Positions 39,478 to 48,597 are shown, counted from the first letter of the stretch. The stretch: 64,000 nt of DNA from Candidatus Poribacteria bacterium (GCA_965215265.1 OZ244048.1:1183121-1247120), one strand, 5' to 3'. Notes: generated by a model from the sequence alone, not told the origin. Translations and numbers: made by a program.

Positions 39478-41382
39478 ATGCACTTTATTAGTGCAGAACC
39501 GATGTATGGAGGAAGTTTTATGTCTCCCAATTTATTTATAACAATTGTCGGAGGATTCGGAGCACTGTTCGCCGTTTTCGTGCTCATTTACAAATCCTTC
39601 TATAGAAAGGCCCCTCCGGATTCCGCGTTAGTGATTTCAGGAGGCAGAAAAAAGCGGGTTGTGTTTGGAGGTAGTCTTGTCAATCCAATTACGAATACAA
39701 CGCAATTGATTTCGTTGAACACAATGCAACTGCCTGTTGAACGCACAGGACAGGCGGCGTTGATTACCAAAGATAGCTTGCGCGTCGATTTGGAAGCGCA
39801 ATTCTACGTAAAAATTGAGCCGAATGAACAGGATGTTCTCAAAGCGGTTGAGAGCCTTGGGGATAAAACGTTGACACCGGCACAGGTTAATTTGCTGCTT
39901 GAAGGTAAACTCGTGGGCGTTTTGCGGAGTGTGGCCGCCACGATGGATCTGCAAGAATTACACGAAAAACGCCAAGAATTCTCAGACCAGGTTCAAGAAG
40001 CGTGCCGGGACGACCTGGAGCAAAACGGGTTTAAGTTGGAAAGCGTCGCTGTGACAAACTTGGATCAGACACCGCTTGAGGCACTTGACGAGAACAACCG
40101 GTTTGATGTCGTCGCAATTCAGACGATTAAACAAGAAGTCGAAGATCGGCAGACGCAGACAGCACGAATTGAGCATGAAAATGCTGTTAAACGTGAAGAA
40201 GACCGGCTCAAATCCGAGCTTGAGATTAAGCAGCGTGAAGAAGAGACAGAGACGCAAGCGTTAGAGGTAGCACGGCGACTTGACTTTGCACAAGAAGAGC
40301 AACAGCGTGAAATCGCTACCAATAAAGCAGAACAAGGACGCACTGTTGAATCGCATAAACTGGAGCAGCTCCAAGCAATTGAAGAAGCGCGTCTACGGCA
40401 AGAGGAAGCGGTAAAGTCCACAGAGATTGCACAGAAGCAGAAACTTGAGTTGGCACGGATTGAACAAGAACGCAAGGTTCAAGAGATGGAGATCAGCCAA
40501 AAGCAGACGGTCGAAATTGCACGTGTACAGCAACAACAGCTGGTCGAAGAGGCTGAAATTCAGCGGAACCTCACGATTGAAAGTGCAAAGATTGAGCAGC
40601 AGCGGGCCGTTGAAGAGGCAGGGATTGCAAGCCGAATAGTACTTATAGAAAAACAGCGCGAAGAAAAAGAGGCAGAGGCACAAAATGCGATCCAGGTTTC
40701 GATAAAAGAGAAGGAACTTGAGGCTGCACTCATTGAACTGTTGGGTGTTTCCGCAGAAAAGGCGAAAGCAGAAGCGAACGTCTTAACTGCTGAGGCGATT
40801 GAAGAAGCAGAGCGGCAAAGCAAAATCGCACTAATTCGTGCCGAGCAAGAAGCAGACGAAGAACGAATTGCCAAGGAACGGGCCGCTGATGCTGAGGCGT
40901 ATGCAGTTGTTGAAGCAGCAAAGGCAGAATTAAGTGCCGCTGAAGTCAAAGCAGAAGCACAACGCATCCTGGCTGAGGCCCTTCTTGTCGAGGCAAAAGC
41001 GAAAGCTGATGGAGAAGAGGCATCTATTGCAGCAAGAAATCAGGCTGAGCCTCAAGTCCTTATTAGTGATGCGGTGTTAGCTCTTATTGAATCGCTGCCG
41101 CAGGTTACGAACGAATTGATGAAACCGGCAGAGCGAATTGAAAGTATCCGGGTGCTGGATCTTGGCGGCAGCAACGGCAGTAATGGGAATGCTGGCGGGA
41201 TGAATCGCATCCTCAGCTCAATTGTGAATGCTGGGGCCGCGATGCCGTTGCTAAAGGAGCTGGTCGGATTCAGCGGACTGGATACAGAAAAAATTGCTGA
41301 AACTGTTAAGGTTTACGCTTCAGGATTGGCACAAAATACCAAAGTAACGGCAGATCCGACTGAAGCGTCGGATTCCAATTAA
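39478..41382 (+). CDS. Flotillin-like SPFH-domain protein (YqiK-like) with long E/A-rich coiled coil
   Basis: N-terminal TM plus SPFH core, then ~300 aa of EEAxxxQ repeats. Confidence 0.8.
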   Translation: MHFISAEPMYGGSFMSPNLFITIVGGFGALFAVFVLIYKSFYRKAPPDSALVISGGRKKRVVFGGSLVNPITNTTQLISLNTMQLPVERTGQAALITKDSLRVDLEAQFYVKIEPNEQDVLKAVESLGDKTLTPAQVNLLLEGKLVGVLRSVAATMDLQELHEKRQEFSDQVQEACRDDLEQNGFKLESVAVTNLDQTPLEALDENNRFDVVAIQTIKQEVEDRQTQTARIEHENAVKREEDRLKSELEIKQREEETETQALEVARRLDFAQEEQQREIATNKAEQGRTVESHKLEQLQAIEEARLRQEEAVKSTEIAQKQKLELARIEQERKVQEMEISQKQTVEIARVQQQQLVEEAEIQRNLTIESAKIEQQRAVEEAGIASRIVLIEKQREEKEAEAQNAIQVSIKEKELEAALIELLGVSAEKAKAEANVLTAEAIEEAERQSKIALIRAEQEADEERIAKERAADAEAYAVVEAAKAELSAAEVKAEAQRILAEALLVEAKAKADGEEASIAARNQAEPQVLISDAVLALIESLPQVTNELMKPAERIESIRVLDLGGSNGSNGNAGGMNRILSSIVNAGAAMPLLKELVGFSGLDTEKIAETVKVYASGLAQNTKVTADPTEASDSN

Positions 41383-41479
41383 CCAGTGGGCGTGCTGATA
41401 AAGCGTGCCCTACAAAGCACTGCTCTCAGCGAAAATTAATTAAATTCTAAACCTTCAGGAATTCAGAGAGGAGCTACAA

Positions 41480-41989
41480 ATGGCTAAGCAGAAACATACT
41501 ATGATTGAATTTAACGTTAACTTTCTCTCTATTGATCAGAGTACCGGTGCTCCGATAGTTGTTCTAAAAGAGAAAGACGGAGACCCCAAGCGGATATTGT
41601 TATTCTTGATTGGCGAATCCGAAGCAAGTTCTATCCATATGCGATTGGAAAAGATGGAACTCCCACGCCCTATGACGCACGATCTGCTCAAGACTGTAAT
41701 TGAAAGGTTGGATGCAGCAGTAAGTTTTGTCTGCGTAACCGCATTTGAGGAGCGGACTTTTTATGCCCAGATAAAACTGCTGGCGAACGGTAATGAGTTT
41801 GATATAGATTCGCGTCCGAGTGATGCAATTGCACTCGCGCTCCGTTGTGACGCTCCCATCTATGTCGCAGAAGACGTGGTAGAAGAACACGGGTTCTCTG
41901 AAAAGAATCTTGAGAAGCCACGGAAACGCGACACCAAAGATCTGTTAGAGAACTTAGATGATGACACCTTAAAACAGTATACAGTTTAG
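41480..41989 (+). CDS. DUF151 bifunctional-nuclease-domain protein
   Basis: PRPMTHDL...RPSDAIALALRCDAPIYV matches the BFN/DUF151 core. Confidence 0.7.
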   Translation: MAKQKHTMIEFNVNFLSIDQSTGAPIVVLKEKDGDPKRILLFLIGESEASSIHMRLEKMELPRPMTHDLLKTVIERLDAAVSFVCVTAFEERTFYAQIKLLANGNEFDIDSRPSDAIALALRCDAPIYVAEDVVEEHGFSEKNLEKPRKRDTKDLLENLDDDTLKQYTV

Positions 41990-42107
41990 AACGGAATGGA
42001 ACGGCGACACGCTCTTCCATTCCGTTTTCCCGATACCCCCTAATAGGCGGCTTTCTTCGCGACAAGGTTGCGTGATATCGCCCAGAGCCGCCTGATTTCG
42101 AGATAGA

Positions 42108-43025
42108 ATGAGATTCAAAACCACGAATTCACTTAACCCCAATTTTACGGTGCTACATCAAGATTGCACGGAAATGTTAAATAGCAAGATACTTGCATCG
42201 AGTATTGACACGACTTTCCTTGATCCGCCGTTTAATCAGGACAAAGCATACAAGACATGGGATGATAATATGCCAGCGGAAATGTATTGGGCCTGGATGC
42301 AGGAAATATGCACCAAGATTTACGCGTTGACTTCCCATGGCGGTGCCATCTATTTCATGCAACGCGAGAAAAATACGGAATTCGTCTTGCAGTGTTTGCG
42401 CGAGTCCGGATGGAACTTCCAAAACCTGATTGTCTGGAAAAAGAAGACCTCGGCTGTTCCTGGAATGAAGCGTTTTGGCAAGCACTATCAGATTATCGCC
42501 TTTGCAACCAAAGGCACCTCGCCGCGCGTTTTTCATCGGCTGCGAATTGATCCACCGCTGCCTTCTAGCTACAAGCACCCCCGGAAAAACGGAATGTTTG
42601 TCACAGATGTTTGGGATGATATTCGTGAGTTAACATCAGGCTATTTTGCAGGCGATGAAGCATTGCGAGACGCAGAAGGGAATCGGTTACACAAGCAACA
42701 GGCACCGGTTCAACTCTTGCTGCGGATCCTCCTCTCTTCAACAAACCCCGGCGATGTCGTACTAGATCCGTTCGCTGGTTCCGGAACGACATTGGTTGTT
42801 GCTGAACAGTTAGGACGGAAGTCAATAGGGATTGAACTAGACCCGTTTAACGTTGCGTTAATTCAAAAACGGATTGCTGAACAGAGAACAGCGGACGATG
42901 TGTCGCGATTTTTCAAAGATTACGCGTGTACTCCGGATTTGGAAACAATTTGGGGAACACCTGAAGCGACCTCCACGGATCCGCTGGTTTCCAAACAGAT
43001 AACACTTTTTGAGTCAAATCGATAG
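42108..43025 (+). CDS. Beta-class DNA methyltransferase (N6-adenine or N4-cytosine), type II
   Basis: Motif IV FLDPPF near the N-terminus and motif I FAGSGTT near the C-terminus. Confidence 0.8.
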   Translation: MRFKTTNSLNPNFTVLHQDCTEMLNSKILASSIDTTFLDPPFNQDKAYKTWDDNMPAEMYWAWMQEICTKIYALTSHGGAIYFMQREKNTEFVLQCLRESGWNFQNLIVWKKKTSAVPGMKRFGKHYQIIAFATKGTSPRVFHRLRIDPPLPSSYKHPRKNGMFVTDVWDDIRELTSGYFAGDEALRDAEGNRLHKQQAPVQLLLRILLSSTNPGDVVLDPFAGSGTTLVVAEQLGRKSIGIELDPFNVALIQKRIAEQRTADDVSRFFKDYACTPDLETIWGTPEATSTDPLVSKQITLFESNR

Positions 43026-43859
43026 ATGGTTAACTCAATTTATCATTTCTTCGCACATTTATGCCTCAAAAGAGAAAAACTTCTTTCAGGAACTCCTCTA
43101 GAGAACTTTCCATTTGATAAGCGAATGCTATCTTGCGAAAATAAAGGGCGTTTTCCAGATTTAGCTATCAGACTCAATCAAGCAGATCGACTATTTAGTG
43201 GTGGCGAATTAATTGAACTCAAGGATAGTAAAACCTATTCGGTGGCTTCTTTTAATTCTACGATTCCGACAGGCGAAAAGGATATTCGCAGGCTAATCAA
43301 AGGGACAGAAAACACCATTCGGACACAGATGCAAAAAGCAGGTAATGATATACTTTCCTTACCCATGCGCCAAGTTTTCTATCTCATTCGTGGCAGGAAG
43401 AAGTCAAATGTGAAAATTTGCTTGACTCATGGGAAGTTTTTTGAGACCGTTCCTGTTTCAACTTTGATTTCAGAGTCATTTGCCCAAGCTTTAGAAGAGC
43501 GGTTAAACGAACTTGGAGAATCGTTATCTACATCAATCAGACAAAAATTATTAGACATATTCAGCGAACAGCAAACTTTTAGTAGAACTAGAAATGTAGA
43601 AGATGCCTCAGTGCGGCTCCGTTTTCGTATTATGACTGAAGTTAAAGCCGGAGGAAATATTTTAAATCCAAATCAGTACCCACAAATTGGCGACAATACG
43701 TTGAACTTTGCTGTTCCATGTCACAGAAATATAAATATAGAAAAGCATCGACAGAACAACCAGATGAAAATCGCTTTTGACTCAATGGAATGCTCACAGC
43801 TATTTTCGCAGATGAAAGTTTTTATCCTTTTGGAGATGAACGTCAGTGCGGCACTCTGA
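43026..43859 (+). CDS. Putative type II restriction endonuclease (PD-ExK), cognate to the upstream MTase
   Basis: ATG immediately follows the MTase TAG stop. FPDLAI...(19 aa)...ELIELKDSK fits PD-(D/E)XK. Markedly AT-rich relative to its neighbours. Confidence 0.5.
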   Translation: MVNSIYHFFAHLCLKREKLLSGTPLENFPFDKRMLSCENKGRFPDLAIRLNQADRLFSGGELIELKDSKTYSVASFNSTIPTGEKDIRRLIKGTENTIRTQMQKAGNDILSLPMRQVFYLIRGRKKSNVKICLTHGKFFETVPVSTLISESFAQALEERLNELGESLSTSIRQKLLDIFSEQQTFSRTRNVEDASVRLRFRIMTEVKAGGNILNPNQYPQIGDNTLNFAVPCHRNINIEKHRQNNQMKIAFDSMECSQLFSQMKVFILLEMNVSAAL

Positions 43860-43979
43860 AATGATTTCAGTATCGCAGGAGGGTGTTTTTCAGAAGTATG
43901 GGATGAAAAAACAGGCACCTTTGCCGTAACTAAGGTGCCTGTTTTGTGAGTGTTTGGCTCTGTCGATGCACCGATCGGA

Positions 43980-45215
43980 CTATTCACTATGCCAAGTATA
44001 GGAGTTACCGTTGCTGGTGCATCCGCCGTTGCCGTTGGTGCATTTGGTGAACGTGGCACCGCATCCTGACCGGGAACAAGTATAGGTTGTTGCGTGCCGA
44101 GCGACAGCTGTAGCGTTGCAGCTCCAGTAAGTGTGTCCCGCACTGCAAGTCGTCTGGTGTGCGGTTGTGCTGGATGCGACACGGTTGTAAGTACAGCGTC
44201 CGTCCCCGCTGTAGGAATTTCCATAGCGGACGGTGCTGCCACTACCACTGCTCGAACCGCTGCCCAAACCGCTGCCACTACCACTGCCCGAACCACTGCC
44301 AGAGCCGCCGTTGCCCGAACCACTGCCGCTGCCGCTGCTACTGCCCGAACCACTACCACTGCTGCCGTCGTTGTAATAGGGAGCATCATAACCGGCACAC
44401 ACGCAATATCGATGTCCGCAGGGGCCGTTTGTTGTGGAGGTGCCCCGGGTGGTGCATGTCCCTGTATCTGTGCACCAATTGAAGGTGGGGTTATTGGCAC
44501 AGCCGGAACTACTAGAACCTGATCCGCTAGAAATAGAGTCAGAAACGTTAACCGAAAAGGACGAAGTTAGAGAGTCATTGGATACAGGATGCAAAATGCC
44601 TGCAGACCAACGCCAATTTTGCATGATCCCAACGACAATAGCGGAATTAGGTCCTGTCGAATTGAAGCCAATACTTAGACCCCTTGTGCTGCCACCGTAG
44701 TTCTCAACAGTCCGAGATCTTGCCGTTGCAGAGCCGCTGGCTGTCCTGTTAAAGGTACCCGTGTTTATCTCGTTGGCGTACCCCCCGCTAAGGATAGGCA
44801 GGGGCCCACCAGTAACACCTATCGCGGCAAAGTTGTAAGCAGGACAGAGTGTTTCTACTCTGAAAGAGAACTTATCGTTGCTAGCCGCTTTCAGTCGAGG
44901 CCCACTTCGCCAATCTCCAATATCAGCATCCTGCGATTGCCCAAACAGCGAAAACACGACCTCACCGTACCCGGATGCGATGATACTTATCTCAAACGTC
45001 CAACTCTCAGGAGGTTTGCCGGGTGACCAGGATTCCGAGAGAATGCGATTTGTGCCACTCTCTATCGTCCGAGTCCCGCTGTATGCCCTACTGCTAGGTA
45101 TTGATGAGGTGATGGTAGCCCCTTGGTGTATGGTGAGTCCTCGAGCGTTGTTGATGTGTAAACCACAGACAGCTAGAGTAACAATTAAAACAATCAGACT
45201 TAATTTTGGCATCAT
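43980..45215 (-). CDS. Secreted protein with Gly/Ser linker and Cys-rich C-terminal modules
   Basis: Signal peptide MMPKLSLIVLIVTLAVCG, ~250-aa N-domain, long (GS)n linker encoded by repetitive DNA, and two Cys-rich segments. Confidence 0.5.
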   Translation of the reverse strand: MMPKLSLIVLIVTLAVCGLHINNARGLTIHQGATITSSIPSSRAYSGTRTIESGTNRILSESWSPGKPPESWTFEISIIASGYGEVVFSLFGQSQDADIGDWRSGPRLKAASNDKFSFRVETLCPAYNFAAIGVTGGPLPILSGGYANEINTGTFNRTASGSATARSRTVENYGGSTRGLSIGFNSTGPNSAIVVGIMQNWRWSAGILHPVSNDSLTSSFSVNVSDSISSGSGSSSSGCANNPTFNWCTDTGTCTTRGTSTTNGPCGHRYCVCAGYDAPYYNDGSSGSGSGSSSGSGSGSGNGGSGSGSGSGSGSGLGSGSSSGSGSTVRYGNSYSGDGRCTYNRVASSTTAHQTTCSAGHTYWSCNATAVARHATTYTCSRSGCGATFTKCTNGNGGCTSNGNSYTWHSE

Positions 45216-45226
45216 TTTTATCTCCT

Positions 45227-45988
45227 TTAATCGTAAAACCTTTCTTCATAAAATTCAAATAGGTGTCCTATACCCATTAACTCGTAGAGTTCTCGGGTTG
45301 CTTCCTCATCACGCAGCCGGGCCTCTTCTTGAGGAATCTCGTCACCGTAACCAATAAAACCATAAGGGCGTGCTGGAAGTTCGCCTTGGTTTGCGTCAAC
45401 CAATTCCTGCATGTCCACCAAAATGTTTTGCATGGCAAAGGAATTGCCCGCTGCTTCTGCACGGTGGTACGCATCCATCAATGCCTTGTAACGTTCAAGG
45501 TCTGCCGGATTTGGAGCAAAGTCTATCCGGAGACTATAATTGACAAGAACGGGCCTATTTCGATACAGCCTGCGAGCGTTGCCCATGCAATCTCGAATGT
45601 GTCGGTATTCGCTTGTCCATGGGGGTTCGTCTCCCCATTCTTCTCGGTATGCTTGGGCCCATTGTTCCCACTGCTTGTCGCGTCTGGCTTGTTCCTCTGG
45701 AAAGAGTTTGGGCGCGGTAGGTATTTCGGGAATGGATACTAGCTCCGCGCCTCCGGTCTCTGTGTCGGTGTTTGCTACATCAGTGTTCACGATGGGAACT
45801 CTCGCATCACTTGAAGTGCTTTCGTCGGCCTGTACAGCTTGTGTAGTAGCAGGCAGCTTGGGTAACGATTCCTCAAACCTTTTCTTTTGCCACTCCGCCC
45901 AGAAGTGCACGCCGAAGACCAAAAGAAGGCAGCCCAGAAGAGTCAGCATCACAACTCGATTCGTCAAGACTTCTTTTACGAGTTTCAT
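45227..45988 (-). CDS. TM-anchored protein, paralog 1 (conserved N-terminal ~55 aa, unique C-terminal domain)
   Basis: Start at MKLVKEV with GGAGGA RBS (the ORF track extends to 46021). The N-terminus is near-identical to 46493-47308. Confidence 0.5.
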   Translation of the reverse strand: MKLVKEVLTNRVVMLTLLGCLLLVFGVHFWAEWQKKRFEESLPKLPATTQAVQADESTSSDARVPIVNTDVANTDTETGGAELVSIPEIPTAPKLFPEEQARRDKQWEQWAQAYREEWGDEPPWTSEYRHIRDCMGNARRLYRNRPVLVNYSLRIDFAPNPADLERYKALMDAYHRAEAAGNSFAMQNILVDMQELVDANQGELPARPYGFIGYGDEIPQEEARLRDEEATRELYELMGIGHLFEFYEERFYD

Positions 45989-46140
45989 GGAGTTTCCTCC
46001 GGTGTTGGAGCACAGCCGCATCCACGGTTGCGGGGTATGGGCACGATATCTTTATCAGTAGAAGATGCTGCTGCAGCGGCTGTCACGGCGGTAGGCGCGG
46101 CACCGCAACATCCGCTTGTCGGCTCAAGCCTCGCAGGGGT
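45890..46140. repeat. ~250-bp direct repeat (second copy 47210-47460, ~95% identical)
   Basis: Spans the 3' end of the small Cys-rich gene, the ATGA junction and the 5' end of the TM-protein gene in both cassettes. Confidence 0.85.
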
Positions 46141-46488
46141 GGATTTCGTCGCTGTCGGTGGGAAAAATATTAAGAAACTCACCTTTTCAACAACTATACC
46201 TGGGTTGAGCTGCAGTCCGGTGTCAAGAGATCCTTCCGCCCGGACACATACCCATCCGATCCCGTACGCCTCGGTTTCAGCTTTGACAAGTAGATCATAA
46301 CTTGCTTGTCTTGTGTCTGTCCGTTTAAGTCTATTGTTTACAAACTCATAGACATCAACAACATCGGCTTTCCCCGGATCCGGTGTCGCCGTCGGTGTTA
46401 CAACGGGCCCCGACATCCGTATATCTGCGTGCACGAAGTGGACAAGCCCTGCCAAAAATACGAAAAACAGAAAATATCTATATTTCAT
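45985..46488 (-). CDS. Small secreted Cys-rich protein, paralog B
   Basis: Signal peptide MKYRYFLFFVFLAGLVHFVHA. The C-terminal 45 aa (...SGCCGAAPTAVTAAAAASSTDKDIVPIPRNRGCGCAPTPEETP) are shared with 47305-47641. Its TGA overlaps the next gene's ATG (ATGA). Confidence 0.45.
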   Translation of the reverse strand: MKYRYFLFFVFLAGLVHFVHADIRMSGPVVTPTATPDPGKADVVDVYEFVNNRLKRTDTRQASYDLLVKAETEAYGIGWVCVRAEGSLDTGLQLNPGIVVEKVSFLIFFPPTATKSTPARLEPTSGCCGAAPTAVTAAAAASSTDKDIVPIPRNRGCGCAPTPEETP

Positions 46489-46492
46489 CACA

Positions 46493-47308
46493 TTATCTCC
46501 TTTCAAGTGTAGCACGGATTTCCGCAATGAGTTGGTCAAAAACATTGTAATCGATACGGAACGATTCGGGGGATGGCGGAAGTAAATCTGCTGCGACATC
46601 ATCCATGCGCTGTATTAATGCCCTTTCATCTTCTGGGGTCATCGGATCACTCGCCCTACGACTGACAGCCGCAGTTATCGTGGGTCTCGGGCCATTCGTC
46701 TTTTCGTAGAGTTCGCGCTTCCATGCTAACCCCAATTCAACCTCTTCCGGCGAGAGATTGTAGAGTTTGATGACAAGCGGATTGTCTATTGCTCGTAAAC
46801 AACTATACCTTGCGAGCTCGTCGTCGGTAAGTTGGTGATAGTTCCCGTATCCTTCCCCCCAGGCGACCTGGATAATTGGATCTTTGTATTTTACAAGTTG
46901 GGCATCGCCGTCCCCGATTTTTGCATACCGATAGCCGGGGGGTGGAGGTTGGAGTCCGAATGACTCATAAAAGGCGAGTCGTGCTTTTTCTTGGGAGGCG
47001 ATCTCTTCCTCTGAAAGCAGGCCCATATCGATGGCGATCTGCTCCTGTTGCGATTTGGGTGTCGCCGAGGCACCCGGGGGAGGGGCCCTGTGGAAGTATC
47101 CTGCTTGTGTGGTGTTGCCGGTGTCGGGTTGTGCGGTAGGTAGATCGGCTTGTGCCTCCTGTATGGACGCTGGCAGCTTGGGTAACGATTCCTCAAACCT
47201 TTTCTTTTGCCGCTCCGCCCAGAAGTGCACGCCGAAGACTAAAAGAAGGCAGCCCAGAAGGGTTAGTATCACAACTCGATTCGTCAAGACTTCTTTTACG
47301 AGTTTCAT
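46493..47308 (-). CDS. TM-anchored protein, paralog 2
   Basis: Same N-terminal 55 aa as paralog 1, then unrelated sequence. The ORF track extends to 47341. Confidence 0.5.
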   Translation of the reverse strand: MKLVKEVLTNRVVILTLLGCLLLVFGVHFWAERQKKRFEESLPKLPASIQEAQADLPTAQPDTGNTTQAGYFHRAPPPGASATPKSQQEQIAIDMGLLSEEEIASQEKARLAFYESFGLQPPPPGYRYAKIGDGDAQLVKYKDPIIQVAWGEGYGNYHQLTDDELARYSCLRAIDNPLVIKLYNLSPEEVELGLAWKRELYEKTNGPRPTITAAVSRRASDPMTPEDERALIQRMDDVAADLLPPSPESFRIDYNVFDQLIAEIRATLERR

Positions 47309-47641
47309 GGGGTTTCCTCCGGTGTTGGAGCACAGCCGCATCCACGGTTGCGGGGTATGGGCACGATATCTTTATCAGTAGGAGGTGCTGCTGCAGCGGC
47401 TGTCACGGCGGTAGGCGCGGCACCGCAACATCCGCTTGTCGGCCCAAGCCTCGCAGGGGCGGGGCCGCAGCCGCCACAGCGGGTAGCAGGGTCTACGCCG
47501 TCACGTGCCGCAGGGGTGATGGCCGCGTCGGCGGTAGCTCGGACTCTAGGGCTCTGGGCAACGATGAAGCCGCTCCAGAGTGCCGTTGCGAAGACAATTA
47601 TCGCGAGGGCAACTTTCACGGGTTTTGTAAGTGTCGGCATT
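47305..47641 (-). CDS. Small secreted Cys-rich protein, paralog A
   Basis: TM/signal segment (KPVKVALAIIVFATALWSGFIVAQSP), then CGGCG..., then the conserved Cys-rich tail. ATGA overlap with paralog 2. The start coordinate is approximate. Confidence 0.4.
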
Positions 47642-48508
47642 TGTGGCCTCCTATAAGTTATCAACTGTTATGACTTGGGGAAAGGGGTATTGCATCAGAA
47701 AGCAACAAGCGTTTATCGGTTCTCGAACAGAAGCTGCCTTCCATTCTATAAAGCGGCAAATACCCCGGTAGACGCAGTCTGTGACTTTGGCAAATATGGT
47801 GGTGCCCGTCCGGTAGGGACGCAGTAGAAGCGTGCACAGCACAAAAGGAATCGTGCGTGGAGAAAAATGGAGCCTCGTGCCCAAACAAGCAGAGCCCGGT
47901 ATTGTGACTTAAGAGTAATTTTTGAGAAGGGGGGTTAACCAGGTGTTAACCAATAGTAAATTGCATTCGATAGCATGCACAGGCAGAAGATGCCTATGCG
48001 CCCACCTCGTGTAGTAGCCGTTGAGGGAACTCACGTTTCTAACGGATGAAGTTAGTAGAAGTTTCTCTGTCACTCGTGTTCCTTGTTCCATGCTGAGATC
48101 GGACTTATAAGAATTATACTACATTTTCATACAAAATGCAAATTTGTTTTACACTTTATGAATATTAGACGATATTTCCTGAAAAATGCAAATTTTTTTA
48201 TAGTAGATTTTAGAATGACTGATACCTTGCTTATTGGCGGGCTGCCAGCGGTGGCGAGAGGTCTTCACTAGACTCACGGCGAGGGGGTTCCACAGCAGAG
48301 CGTTGTCTTGAAAAGGGGTTCTCATAATTTTGGGCGGCACCCGTTTGGAGGTCTATCTCCTTTTCATAATAATTCCTTCTTCTTATGAAGTCTGTATGTC
48401 AGGAGGGATTCTACTACAATACTTCAAACTTTCCTTCGCTTTTTCCACAAGAACCTGCTTATCACAAGCCTGCTACAAAAAATAGGAGTAAATGAGAGAG
48501 GATGTTGC

Positions 48509-48537
48509 TTGACATTTTCAGATTTACGTGGTATTAT
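48509..48537 (+). promoter_or_regulatory. Near-consensus sigma70 promoter upstream of the ABC operon
   Basis: TTGACA-17 nt-TATTAT, about 60 nt upstream of the 48598 ATG. Confidence 0.55.
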
Positions 48538-48597
48538 TTAAATATATTTTATCCCTTTGCGGTCAGGTGACCGCACCTATATGGTTAGATAACGTTT

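Noticed and set aside
43721-44522. Long ORFs (259 aa minus-strand, 142 and 107 aa plus-strand) rich in Ala/Val/Thr or Cys/His
   Set aside because: These are alternative frames of the repetitive (GS)n linker and GC-rich region of the 43980-45215 gene. They have compositional-artefact sequences and no start context.
45329-46300. Plus-strand ORFs (137, 173 and 137 aa) across the cassette region
   Set aside because: The minus-strand genes have RBSs, signal/TM segments and ATGA coupling. The plus-strand frames are GC-rich read-throughs without start signals. Residual uncertainty is noted in the findings.
47740-47850. Possible c-di-GMP (GEMM) riboswitch because of ggcaaa...gacgca motifs
   Set aside because: The P2/P3 hairpins and GNRA tetraloop context required for GEMM-I are not present, so it is kept only as an unexplained tandem motif.
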